A stretch of DNA of 64,000 nucleotides from an uncultured Planctomycetia bacterium (GTDB taxonomy: Bacteria > Omnitrophota > Gorgyraeia > 2-02-FULL-51-18), in contig CAZXLF010000003.1 of the NCBI GenBank assembly GCA_964642015.1, forward strand, positions 164,204 to 228,203, in the 5' to 3' direction. Below the pieces are notes generated by a model. It was not told the origin of the DNA and ran no database searches. It saw nothing but the letters and a program-made list of their open reading frames with translations. A program made the translations under genes and the position numbers. Shown in pieces: positions 39,711 through 47,632 of this stretch; position 1 is the first letter of the stretch, and each line of letters begins with the position of its first letter.

Positions 39711-39870
39711 GGATGGGTATGCGGATTTTTTAGTCAGCAACCCAGCCGCCATACCCTCTTTTGGGTTTAGGCCTGTGGCTTTGCCTGCTCGCCTTTTTAG
39801 CGAGCATGCCGCCCGTCTTGAGGTTATCAAGACAGGTGGCGTCCTCCCGTTTCCGGAAGTTTGCCCGTCA
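39711..39870 (-). promoter_or_regulatory. Highly structured ~160-nt leader / candidate cis-regulatory RNA upstream of the HExxH-protein gene
   Basis: Three clear helices: GGGTATGCGG/CCGCCATACCC (39715-39756), GCTCGC/GCGAGC (39787-39805), and CCGCC-CGTCTTGA/TCAAGACA-GGTGG (39809-39839). The region is non-coding, lying between an upstream terminator and the gene start. Confidence 0.3.
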
Positions 39871-39910
39871 TTTCTTTGACTTATTAAATTTCTTAAAGAA
39901 GTATACATTC

Positions 39911-39934
39911 AAAAAGGCCATATTTCAATGGCCT
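39911..39934 (-). terminator. Rho-independent terminator of the 39965..40492 gene
   Basis: AGGCCAT/ATGGCCT stem with a 6-nt loop, followed by UUUUU on the minus strand. Confidence 0.5.
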
Positions 39935-39964
39935 GCTTGAATAGATTGTATAACTAAATAGCTC

Positions 39965-40492
39965 CTAATATCGCCTTCTAAAACCCGTGCTTCTATCCCT
40001 AGCTCCTTCGACCACCATTGTAATCTCGAGCAAACCATCCCCATTCATTTCACCTTTAACCTCAGTGCCCCTGCCGACAAAAACAATAGCCAGTTCTTTT
40101 TTGTTGTCGTCCAAGAAAACATAACAAAATGAATTATCGTCCGAAAGCGCGTTAGCTATTTTTTGACGCCAGTTATCTTCGTTAACAGAGTCTTTTTCCC
40201 GGCCTTGAGGAGAGTCTATCACAAGCTTATAATCCCCATCTTTGCGCCTCAGGTAGAGGAATTTTCCACCACCGGTATTGAATATCACGCCATCCGAGAA
40301 TCTTCCATGCATAGAATCTCGGTGGTTTCTAGATAAAATGTCGAACGTGTACGAACCCGCTAAAATATGCGTCTTGATATCTCCAGCGTAAGTTTTTGCT
40401 TCATCTTGCTTTAAAACAGTGAGTGCAAAAGATGGGGATGCCAGCAGAACTCCGATCAATGATAAGATGATAGACCTAGATCCAAATCGCAT
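39965..40492 (-). CDS. Secreted hypothetical protein
   Basis: Signal peptide. No family recognised. Confidence 0.45.
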   Translation of the reverse strand: MRFGSRSIILSLIGVLLASPSFALTVLKQDEAKTYAGDIKTHILAGSYTFDILSRNHRDSMHGRFSDGVIFNTGGGKFLYLRRKDGDYKLVIDSPQGREKDSVNEDNWRQKIANALSDDNSFCYVFLDDNKKELAIVFVGRGTEVKGEMNGDGLLEITMVVEGARDRSTGFRRRY

Positions 40493-40503
40493 TGTATTCT
40501 CCT

Positions 40504-41031
40504 TTATTGAATATGTATTTTAGGGTCCAGCAGTTTATCTAACGGGTTTAGTGGGCAATTCTGATATTTTATCTCAAAATGTAAATGCGGAGTAATTGCC
40601 GCTTGGTCGGCGTTGCCTGTTTTGCCTGTGGCGCCGATGATCCGCCCTTGATGCACCCACTCTCCCTCTGTAACTTGGATCTCCGATAGATGCGCATAAC
40701 GCGTTAAAAGACCATCTGGATGATGAATTTCAACGTAATGGCCATATCCCGGATCGTCTCCGGCGAAGAATACTCTTCCGCTCTTAGAAGCCATCACGGG
40801 ACTGCCAACAGAAGCCTTGATATCGATACCCGCATGAATGCGGCCACCGCTTCTAGATGCGCCAAAATAACCTTTCCCGTAACGATCGCTCCTCAAAACA
40901 AGCCGATCCTGAAGTGCAGTGATGGGACTGACATAATAAGGTTCTTTTTGATTGAAAGAATACGTTTCGTAAAAAACCAAACCGGGGATTGACAGAAAAA
41001 AGCAGAGGCCGAGCCAGAGCCAATTTGTCAT
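40504..41031 (-). CDS. M23-family (LytM) peptidase, catalytically intact
   Basis: HAGIDI (HxxxD) and PHLHFEI (HxH) zinc motifs. Confidence 0.85.
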   Translation of the reverse strand: MTNWLWLGLCFFLSIPGLVFYETYSFNQKEPYYVSPITALQDRLVLRSDRYGKGYFGASRSGGRIHAGIDIKASVGSPVMASKSGRVFFAGDDPGYGHYVEIHHPDGLLTRYAHLSEIQVTEGEWVHQGRIIGATGKTGNADQAAITPHLHFEIKYQNCPLNPLDKLLDPKIHIQ

Positions 41032-41182
41032 TTGAACCTTGTTAGATGTGAAGTATTACCCTTAAAAAAGCGGCTACAACAACACCAATGGCAATGCCTA
41101 GAAACGTATATCGATTCGGATTGAAGTTAAAGGGTGAAAAAATCATTGGGCTATTCTAAGGCTTTCAAAGAGGATTGGCAAC

Positions 41183-41224
41183 AAAAAAAGAGCCCTTTTG
41201 GCGAAAACAAATACCAAAAGGGCT
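41183..41224 (-). terminator. Rho-independent terminator downstream of the small ORF 41240..41377
   Basis: An 11-bp stem (AGCCCTTTTGG / CCAAAAGGGCT) is followed on the minus strand by a 7-nt U-run. Confidence 0.5.
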
Positions 41225-41239
41225 TTCTTTCTTATTCGA

Positions 41240-41377
41240 TTAGCGAGCAATCATCTTGCCGCCAAATAGTACGGCCAAAATGACGATTACTGCTAGATGA
41301 GGTGCTAGCTGGGGTGTAAATACTAGCCCTAGCACTACCCCGATCAATAGACCTGTTAGGATGTCAGCTTTAATCAT
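41240..41377 (-). CDS. Candidate small hydrophobic protein (45 aa)
   Basis: My own translation gives MIKADILTGLLIGVVLGLVFTPQLAPHLAVIVILAVLFGGKMIAR*. It has its own downstream terminator and a GGGGTGA RBS-like sequence upstream. Confidence 0.3.
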   Translation of the reverse strand: MIKADILTGLLIGVVLGLVFTPQLAPHLAVIVILAVLFGGKMIAR

Positions 41378-41536
41378 TTGAATCACCCCCAAATCAGGAG
41401 TTCATCAAAAAACGAGCTTTCGAGTCGATATGCATCGCCTCCTTTTCCCTACTACTAAAATTATACATCTTTTCAGAAAAATATAACAGACTTCTGAAAA
41501 ATATGCTTAATTTATATCTTATTGATAATAATAGGC

Positions 41537-42409
41537 TTATGAATTAATATGTCTGGAAATCCACATCCCAATACGAGAATATACAGTGCTTCGGTCAACC
41601 TCATTCAAAATTTCATGATAAAAATCATCATACACTGTCAACTCTTTGTCAGAAGAGGCCATTTCTTGATAAAACAGGAGCGCTTTCTCTTCAGAAACAA
41701 CATGATCCTTTCCGGACTGCACTAATAAAACCGGCTCTTTAAGTTTATGGGCGATCTCAGATCTTCTGTTTATCATTCGTTGCAACTCACAATAAAGTCT
41801 GGCGCTGATACGCTGAAATATCAGCGGGTCTTTTTTATATATATCCAAAATGTTTGTATCATGGGTCAGCAAGGATGAATCAACGTTCGTTGGTTCAGTG
41901 TGATTAGGCGCGATACCCGCCGCCAAAACGCCAAACCAATGCCGCCAAAGCGGCACCGGAACGGCAATTCCGAAGATTGGCGAGCTCAGCACAAGACCTT
42001 GAATTTTAGCATGTGGACAAAAAGAAAGGTAAGAAGAGGTGATAATACCGCCAAAACTATGGCCCATCAAAAATACGGGCCTATCTTTATGATTTCTCAC
42101 GACATAAGCATGAAGCGCTTTAAGATCTTCATGATAATCCCAAAAGTTTCCTATGCAGGCCCGTTTACCTCCGCTTTTACCGAATCCGCGAAGATCCGGT
42201 AAATAGCTTTGAATGCCGATATCCAACAAATATTCCGAGAATTCACGGTACCTTGCCGCGTGTTCACCCATGCCGTGAACAATGATGATGACCGCTTTGG
42301 GGGGTTCCTTGGGTTTTGATACGTAATAATGGATCGGAGTTTCATCGAAAGATATGAATTGATGCTCGGCCCACGATGATGAAGTGGTGCCTTGAAAAAG
42401 AGGACTCAC
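41537..42409 (-). CDS. Alpha/beta hydrolase (lysophospholipase / monoacylglycerol lipase-like)
   Basis: HGMGEH oxyanion region and the GHSFGG nucleophile elbow. Confidence 0.8.
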   Translation of the reverse strand: MSPLFQGTTSSSWAEHQFISFDETPIHYYVSKPKEPPKAVIIIVHGMGEHAARYREFSEYLLDIGIQSYLPDLRGFGKSGGKRACIGNFWDYHEDLKALHAYVVRNHKDRPVFLMGHSFGGIITSSYLSFCPHAKIQGLVLSSPIFGIAVPVPLWRHWFGVLAAGIAPNHTEPTNVDSSLLTHDTNILDIYKKDPLIFQRISARLYCELQRMINRRSEIAHKLKEPVLLVQSGKDHVVSEEKALLFYQEMASSDKELTVYDDFYHEILNEVDRSTVYSRIGMWISRHINS

Positions 42410-44208
42410 GCCTTTTCTCTGTCGTAAAGAGCTAGTAGTTTATCTCGATAGCGTGAAAGTACGACGTCCCGCTTGACTTTAAGGGTTGGGGTAAGCTCTC
42501 CGGCGCTTTGGGTGAAATCATTTTCAAGCAGCACGAAATATTTTATCTTTTCAAAATTTGCCAGATTCTTTGATCGTTCTTCGATCACGCTTTCAACCTT
42601 CTGATAAATCTTGGGATTTTCCAGCAGGCTTTTATAATCCTGGTAGGCAATTTTCTGCTCTTTTGCGATCTCCATGATCTTCTCCTTTGCAGGAACGATC
42701 AGTGCCGTGACGAATTTTTTGGCCTCTCCGAATAGAACACAGCGCAAGATCAGCGGATCCTGCTCCATCACCTCCTCTACGGCCCTAGGAACGACTTTTT
42801 TGCCTCCAGAGGTCACTATCAATTCCTTTTTTCTGCCGGTGATCGCTAAAAAACCGTCTTTATCGATAATGCCCAGATCGCCCGTATAAAACCAACCATC
42901 TCTCAAAGCTTGCGCGGTCTCATCAGGTTTATTGAAATAACCTTTCATCACACACGGTCCTTTGGTAAGGATCTCGCCTTCGTCAGATATCCTGACCTGA
43001 ACTTCTTTGAGCGGAACACCGACCGTCCCGAATTTGAATTTTTCTTCTCTGTTAACCGCGATCACAGGAGATGTTTCCGTAAGACCATAGCCTTCATAGA
43101 TCATCACACCTAGATCGCAGAAAAATTCAGCGACCTCCTTAGACAATGGCGCGCCGCCGGAAATACAGAACCGGATCCGCCCGCCAAGCCTATCGCCGAA
43201 CTTTTTGTATGCCAAAATCCGCGCCAACTTCAACTCGAGATTTTTCCAGATACCTAGCACTTTATGATTAAAATTAGCTGCTCGGCGCTCGGCGCCCAGT
43301 GCCTTGGCCCAATAAAATATGCCTTTTTTAACAGAGCTTGCTTTTTCCACTGCGTCCAAAACCCGTTCTCTTATTTTTTCATAGAACCGAGGAACTCCCA
43401 AAATAAAAGTCGGTTTTATTTCCAGCAGATTTTCAGGAACAGTATCCATATTCTCCGCATAACCGATCACAGCGCCGATATAAACCATCAGGTAATAACC
43501 TGCCGTCCTTTCAAATACGTGCGAAAGAGGCAAAAATGAAAGGTGGACATCCGTTTCACCCATTTTAAGGGTTTCTTTGCAAGAAACGACATTATGGATA
43601 AAATTGGAGTGGGTCAGCATCACACCTTTCGGCAGTCCCGTGGTCCCTGATGTATAAATAATCGTTGCTGTATTTTCTGGACCAATGTCAGCGAGACATT
43701 TTTCGGTCGCAGCTTTATCATAAGATGTTTTTTTTAGATCCTTCATGAAATGAACTGGTACGGTCAAAGTTGACTCTGACAACGCTACTGAGCCATCAAA
43801 CGCAATGACAGCTTTTAAATCGTTCAGCGATTTCTGTATTGGAGGGATCTTTTCAAATAATGTTTTATTGGATACTGCAAGAATCTTAGCTCCTGAGTCT
43901 GAAAGAATATATTGGATCTCTGTAGACGTAAGTGAGGTGTAGATCGGAACGGAGATCGCGCCGATCATTTGCGCAGCCAAATCGGTCATTGCCCATTCGG
44001 GGCGATTTTCAGACAGAATCGCGATGCGTTCTCCCGTTCCCAAGCCCATCGATAAGAACGCCGTAGCCAGAGCACAAATATCGTGATGCGCCTCTTCCCA
44101 CGTTACGGGAACATATTTCCCGCTATTTTTGTAAAGGAAAGCTGTTTTCTTTGGGTATTGACCGGCGGTATCAGAGAAAAGCTGCCATAGATTTTTTGGA
44201 TTAGCCAT
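42406..44208 (-). CDS. Long-chain acyl-CoA synthetase (AMP-binding)
   Basis: AMP-binding motifs IYTSGTTGLPKGV and YGLTET. Confidence 0.85.
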   Translation of the reverse strand: MANPKNLWQLFSDTAGQYPKKTAFLYKNSGKYVPVTWEEAHHDICALATAFLSMGLGTGERIAILSENRPEWAMTDLAAQMIGAISVPIYTSLTSTEIQYILSDSGAKILAVSNKTLFEKIPPIQKSLNDLKAVIAFDGSVALSESTLTVPVHFMKDLKKTSYDKAATEKCLADIGPENTATIIYTSGTTGLPKGVMLTHSNFIHNVVSCKETLKMGETDVHLSFLPLSHVFERTAGYYLMVYIGAVIGYAENMDTVPENLLEIKPTFILGVPRFYEKIRERVLDAVEKASSVKKGIFYWAKALGAERRAANFNHKVLGIWKNLELKLARILAYKKFGDRLGGRIRFCISGGAPLSKEVAEFFCDLGVMIYEGYGLTETSPVIAVNREEKFKFGTVGVPLKEVQVRISDEGEILTKGPCVMKGYFNKPDETAQALRDGWFYTGDLGIIDKDGFLAITGRKKELIVTSGGKKVVPRAVEEVMEQDPLILRCVLFGEAKKFVTALIVPAKEKIMEIAKEQKIAYQDYKSLLENPKIYQKVESVIEERSKNLANFEKIKYFVLLENDFTQSAGELTPTLKVKRDVVLSRYRDKLLALYDREKA

Positions 44209-46318
44209 AAAATCCCGTGCTTTTTGATGCCAACGCCCTTAAATAAGCCGATGGCTCAAACCGAGTGTCGTTGGTTGATTTTTGGAATCGCTCAAGATCT
44301 CTGACGATCGGCAAGATCCCCACCTTATCCGCGTAGCGCAAGAGCCCTGCGCGATAAGGTGGAAAACCTGTGCCCATAATGAGGCCTATATCCACGCTTG
44401 CCGCAGAGTCCGTCACTTTTTCCTCAAGACAGCGCGCCGCCTCGTTGATCATGATATAGATCATACGCTTCAAAGCATCTTCATCGGACGTTTTTGAAGA
44501 AGAGCTGATCTTTAACTCAGTATTGGGAGATCCTCTTCTGCCTTCCTTAGAATAATTATAAAAACCTTTGCCCGACTTTTTGCCAAGCAGCCCTTTCTGC
44601 TTGACGATTTCAAGAAGCGGTGCCACCCTCATCCGATCACCAAACGCTTCTTGAAGGATATGAGCTACTTTATAACCCACATCGATGCCCACTTGATCTA
44701 CGAGCTCGATAGGTCCCATAGGCATCCCGAATTGCTCCGCTATCCTGTCGATCTGTTCCAACGGCATCCCTTCCCCCATCAAATAAGCTGCCTCATTCAT
44801 ATAAGGCAGTAGAAGTCTATTAACCAAAAAACCGGGCCGATCTTCAACGACGATCACAGTTTTACCAAGGCGGCGCGCAAAAAAAACTGTGCGCTCGATC
44901 GTCTCATCAGAGGTCTTTTGCGCCCGGATCACCTCGACAAGAGGCATACGGTCGACCGGATTGAAAAAATGAAGCCCGACAACACGGTCCGGATATCGGC
45001 TGACTTCCGCCATTTTTGTGACTGAAAGCGAGGATGTGTTTGAAGCTAAAATAACGGGAGAATCCGTAAATGACGATATTTCAGAAAATACTTTTTGCTT
45101 GATCGACATGTCCTCAACAACTGCCTCGATCAAGATATTACAATTTTTCAAGCCGTCATTGTTTAAACCCACAGAAATAAGCGACATCTTATTGGTCACT
45201 TCATAGGGTTTGAGCTTCCTTTTCTTGAGCAAAAAGCGGTAAATTTTGGCAGATTCCGCAAGGGCACCTGAAAGCGCTTTTTCATTCAGATCTTTAACGC
45301 GCACCGGGATATCACGCGAGCTGACAAGCTGAGCAATGCCTCCGCCCATGATTCCTGCGCCGATAACACCGCATTTTTCTATGCCATCTGCGGTCGCTTG
45401 AGCATTGGTCCAACGACGCTTCTTATACTTTTCGCTCAAGAAAAAAACTTTTATCAGATTTTTTGATACATCCGTAATCGCCAATTTAGAGAAATGTTCG
45501 CTTTCGGCACGATAACTTCGTTCCGTAGCCTGGCCCCGCGTTAGACTCACAAGTTTTATGATCTGAAGAGGCGCCGGGTAATTTCCTTTGGTTTTTTCCA
45601 GAACACCCTTCTTCGCTTGTGAAAAAAGCAGGTATCTGCCGATGAGGGTATTTTCCAGGAAAGAGGTCATCAGATCTTTTTTTGGCGTATTTCTAGGTTT
45701 TTTACCTCCCGCTAAAGATGACGCAAATATTTTGGCTTCCTCTAAAAGATTTGCATCCGGAAAAAGGCGGTCTACCATTCCCAATTCTAAGGCCTCCTGA
45801 GCCCCCACGGCGCGGCCGGTCAATAACAACGGTAACGCTTTCATCAATCCCAAAAGTTTCGGAAGCCGGATACTTCCGCCAAAGCCAGGAAGGATGCCTA
45901 AATTCACTTCAGGAAGTCCAATCTTCACTTGCGGTGAAAAGGAAGCAACGCGCGAAGAACAAGATAACGCCAATTCAAACCCGCCACCCAAACATGCGCC
46001 GTTGATCACGCAAACTGTGGGAACCTTCATATTTTCCAGTTTTTTGAAAAGCTCTTTTCCGACCTGCGCTTTCTTAAACGCATCATGCGTATCTGTAATA
46101 CCCTCTATCTCTTTGATATCCGCTCCAGCTATAAAAATACGCCCTTTAGCGCTAGTAATGAGGAGAGCTTTTAAATCATTCCTCGCGCCGATATCGTCAA
46201 GCTGTTGTCCCAACTCAATGAGATTGTCCGAGGAAAGGACATTGACCTCCGAATCCGGAAAATCAAAACAAAGATTGCCCAGACTGTTCTCAACGTTAAA
46301 ATGCCAGGATTTGCTCAT
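44201..46318 (-). CDS. fadB: Fatty-acid oxidation multifunctional protein (enoyl-CoA hydratase + 3-hydroxyacyl-CoA dehydrogenase)
   Basis: Crotonase fold (INGACLGGGFELAL) and the NAD Rossmann motif GVIGAGIMGGGIA. The start at 46318 (MSKSWHF ...) overlaps the fadA stop by 4 nt. Confidence 0.9.
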   Translation of the reverse strand: MSKSWHFNVENSLGNLCFDFPDSEVNVLSSDNLIELGQQLDDIGARNDLKALLITSAKGRIFIAGADIKEIEGITDTHDAFKKAQVGKELFKKLENMKVPTVCVINGACLGGGFELALSCSSRVASFSPQVKIGLPEVNLGILPGFGGSIRLPKLLGLMKALPLLLTGRAVGAQEALELGMVDRLFPDANLLEEAKIFASSLAGGKKPRNTPKKDLMTSFLENTLIGRYLLFSQAKKGVLEKTKGNYPAPLQIIKLVSLTRGQATERSYRAESEHFSKLAITDVSKNLIKVFFLSEKYKKRRWTNAQATADGIEKCGVIGAGIMGGGIAQLVSSRDIPVRVKDLNEKALSGALAESAKIYRFLLKKRKLKPYEVTNKMSLISVGLNNDGLKNCNILIEAVVEDMSIKQKVFSEISSFTDSPVILASNTSSLSVTKMAEVSRYPDRVVGLHFFNPVDRMPLVEVIRAQKTSDETIERTVFFARRLGKTVIVVEDRPGFLVNRLLLPYMNEAAYLMGEGMPLEQIDRIAEQFGMPMGPIELVDQVGIDVGYKVAHILQEAFGDRMRVAPLLEIVKQKGLLGKKSGKGFYNYSKEGRRGSPNTELKISSSSKTSDEDALKRMIYIMINEAARCLEEKVTDSAASVDIGLIMGTGFPPYRAGLLRYADKVGILPIVRDLERFQKSTNDTRFEPSAYLRALASKSTGFYG

Positions 46319-47601
46319 GAGCGCTCCAAAAGCACTGCACCGCCTTGTCCGCCGCCGACACAAAGCGAAACAAGCCCTCTCTGAAGGTTGCGACGCTTCA
46401 TTTCTTTGAGACAAGTTAAGATCAATCTTGACCCGCTAGCGCCTACAGGATGGCCTAAAGCAATGGCTCCTCCGTTAACATTCAATAAGGACAGGTCGAT
46501 CTGCCCTATTACTTTTCGTTCGGGAAAATTTTCTTCGGCGAATGTTTTGGAAGTCAGCGCATCCACACAAGAAAGCACTTGAGCCGCAAATGCTTCATTG
46601 ATCTCAAAAATCTGAATATCTTTAAGACTAATCCCCTTTTTTCTAATAAGTTTTTCGATCGCAAACACAGGGCCCAGGCCCATCTGGCTGGGATCGACCC
46701 CGGCATAATCATATCCCGTAATAGTCCCTAAAATTTCATAACCCATCGCACGGGCTTTTGCTCTGGTCATCAACAGGACCATGCAAGCACCGTCCGTGAT
46801 CTGGGAAGAATTTCCGGCCGTTACCGTGCCGCTATAACGGTCAAATATAGGTTTAAGCTTTGCGAGGTCTTCGATCGATTGCTTATCCCTGACACCGTTA
46901 TCCTGCGAAACCGCATCCCGGTAATCACGTCCCGCAAAAATCGTCATCATCTCTTCCTTAAAAAGAGCTCTGGCGGCTGCCGAGCGCAGGTGACTTTGCA
47001 ATGCAAACTGATCCTGCCTTTGGCGGGATATCGCGAATTTTTTGGCAAGTACTTCAGCGGTTTGGCCCATGTTCAATCCGCAAGTCGGGTCTGTGAGAGC
47101 CATCTGCAAAGCTGGACGCGGAGAAAAATGGCTCGGACGAAACTTCAGGATCAAGGACAATTTTTCACCCAATGATTTTGCTCTCTGCAACTTCATAAAT
47201 AGCGTTGCCGCTTCTTTCGAAAACTGCAAAGGCGCGTTGGACATAGACTCGGCTCCCCCGGCGATCACCACTTCATCTTGACCTGCAAGGATCTTTTCCA
47301 TGCCACTCGTCACCGCCTCAAAACCGGAGGCGCAATTGCGATTCACCGTGTAAGCGCGTTTATCTTTCGGAATGCCTGCCATCAAACTGATAACACGTGC
47401 GACATTCGCCGCATCGGACGGCTGTCCTACGCATCCAACGATCACTTCATCGACCATGGAGGGCTTAATGCCAGTGCGCTGCAAAAGTTCTGTCAGACAA
47501 GCTGAACCCAGCTGCTGAGCCGGAATGTTATCAAATGACGTCCATGATTTTATAAACGGCGTGCGAACTCCGTCCACGACCACGATATCATTATCTGCCA
47601 T
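46315..47601 (-). CDS. fadA: Acetyl-CoA acyltransferase (thiolase)
   Basis: Thiolase Cys (NRNCASG), NVNGGAIALGHPVGASG, and the CVGGGQG C-terminal motif. Confidence 0.9.
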   Translation of the reverse strand: MADNDIVVVDGVRTPFIKSWTSFDNIPAQQLGSACLTELLQRTGIKPSMVDEVIVGCVGQPSDAANVARVISLMAGIPKDKRAYTVNRNCASGFEAVTSGMEKILAGQDEVVIAGGAESMSNAPLQFSKEAATLFMKLQRAKSLGEKLSLILKFRPSHFSPRPALQMALTDPTCGLNMGQTAEVLAKKFAISRQRQDQFALQSHLRSAAARALFKEEMMTIFAGRDYRDAVSQDNGVRDKQSIEDLAKLKPIFDRYSGTVTAGNSSQITDGACMVLLMTRAKARAMGYEILGTITGYDYAGVDPSQMGLGPVFAIEKLIRKKGISLKDIQIFEINEAFAAQVLSCVDALTSKTFAEENFPERKVIGQIDLSLLNVNGGAIALGHPVGASGSRLILTCLKEMKRRNLQRGLVSLCVGGGQGGAVLLERS

Positions 47602-47632
47602 CTAAACTTCCTTTTGGCGCTTTGCGCCGTTG

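Noticed and set aside
39711-39870. Possible cobalamin riboswitch, SRP RNA or RNase P identity for the structured element.
   Set aside because: The B12 box (GCCACTG), the SRP domain-IV consensus (GGUCCGGAAGGAAGCAGCC-like) and the RNase P conserved blocks are all absent. Only a partial GCCACCTG match was found, so the element is left unclassified.
39588-39908. 106-aa ORF spanning the structured intergenic element.
   Set aside because: The translation is Arg/Gly/Ser-rich nonsense. The region folds into strong hairpins and is better explained as a structured RNA leader.
46319-46414. Longer fadB start at 46414, overlapping fadA by 100 bp.
   Set aside because: The N-terminal extension is Arg/Cys-rich and unlike crotonase N-termini. 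The Met at 46318 gives a 4-bp fadA/fadB overlap typical of coupled genes.
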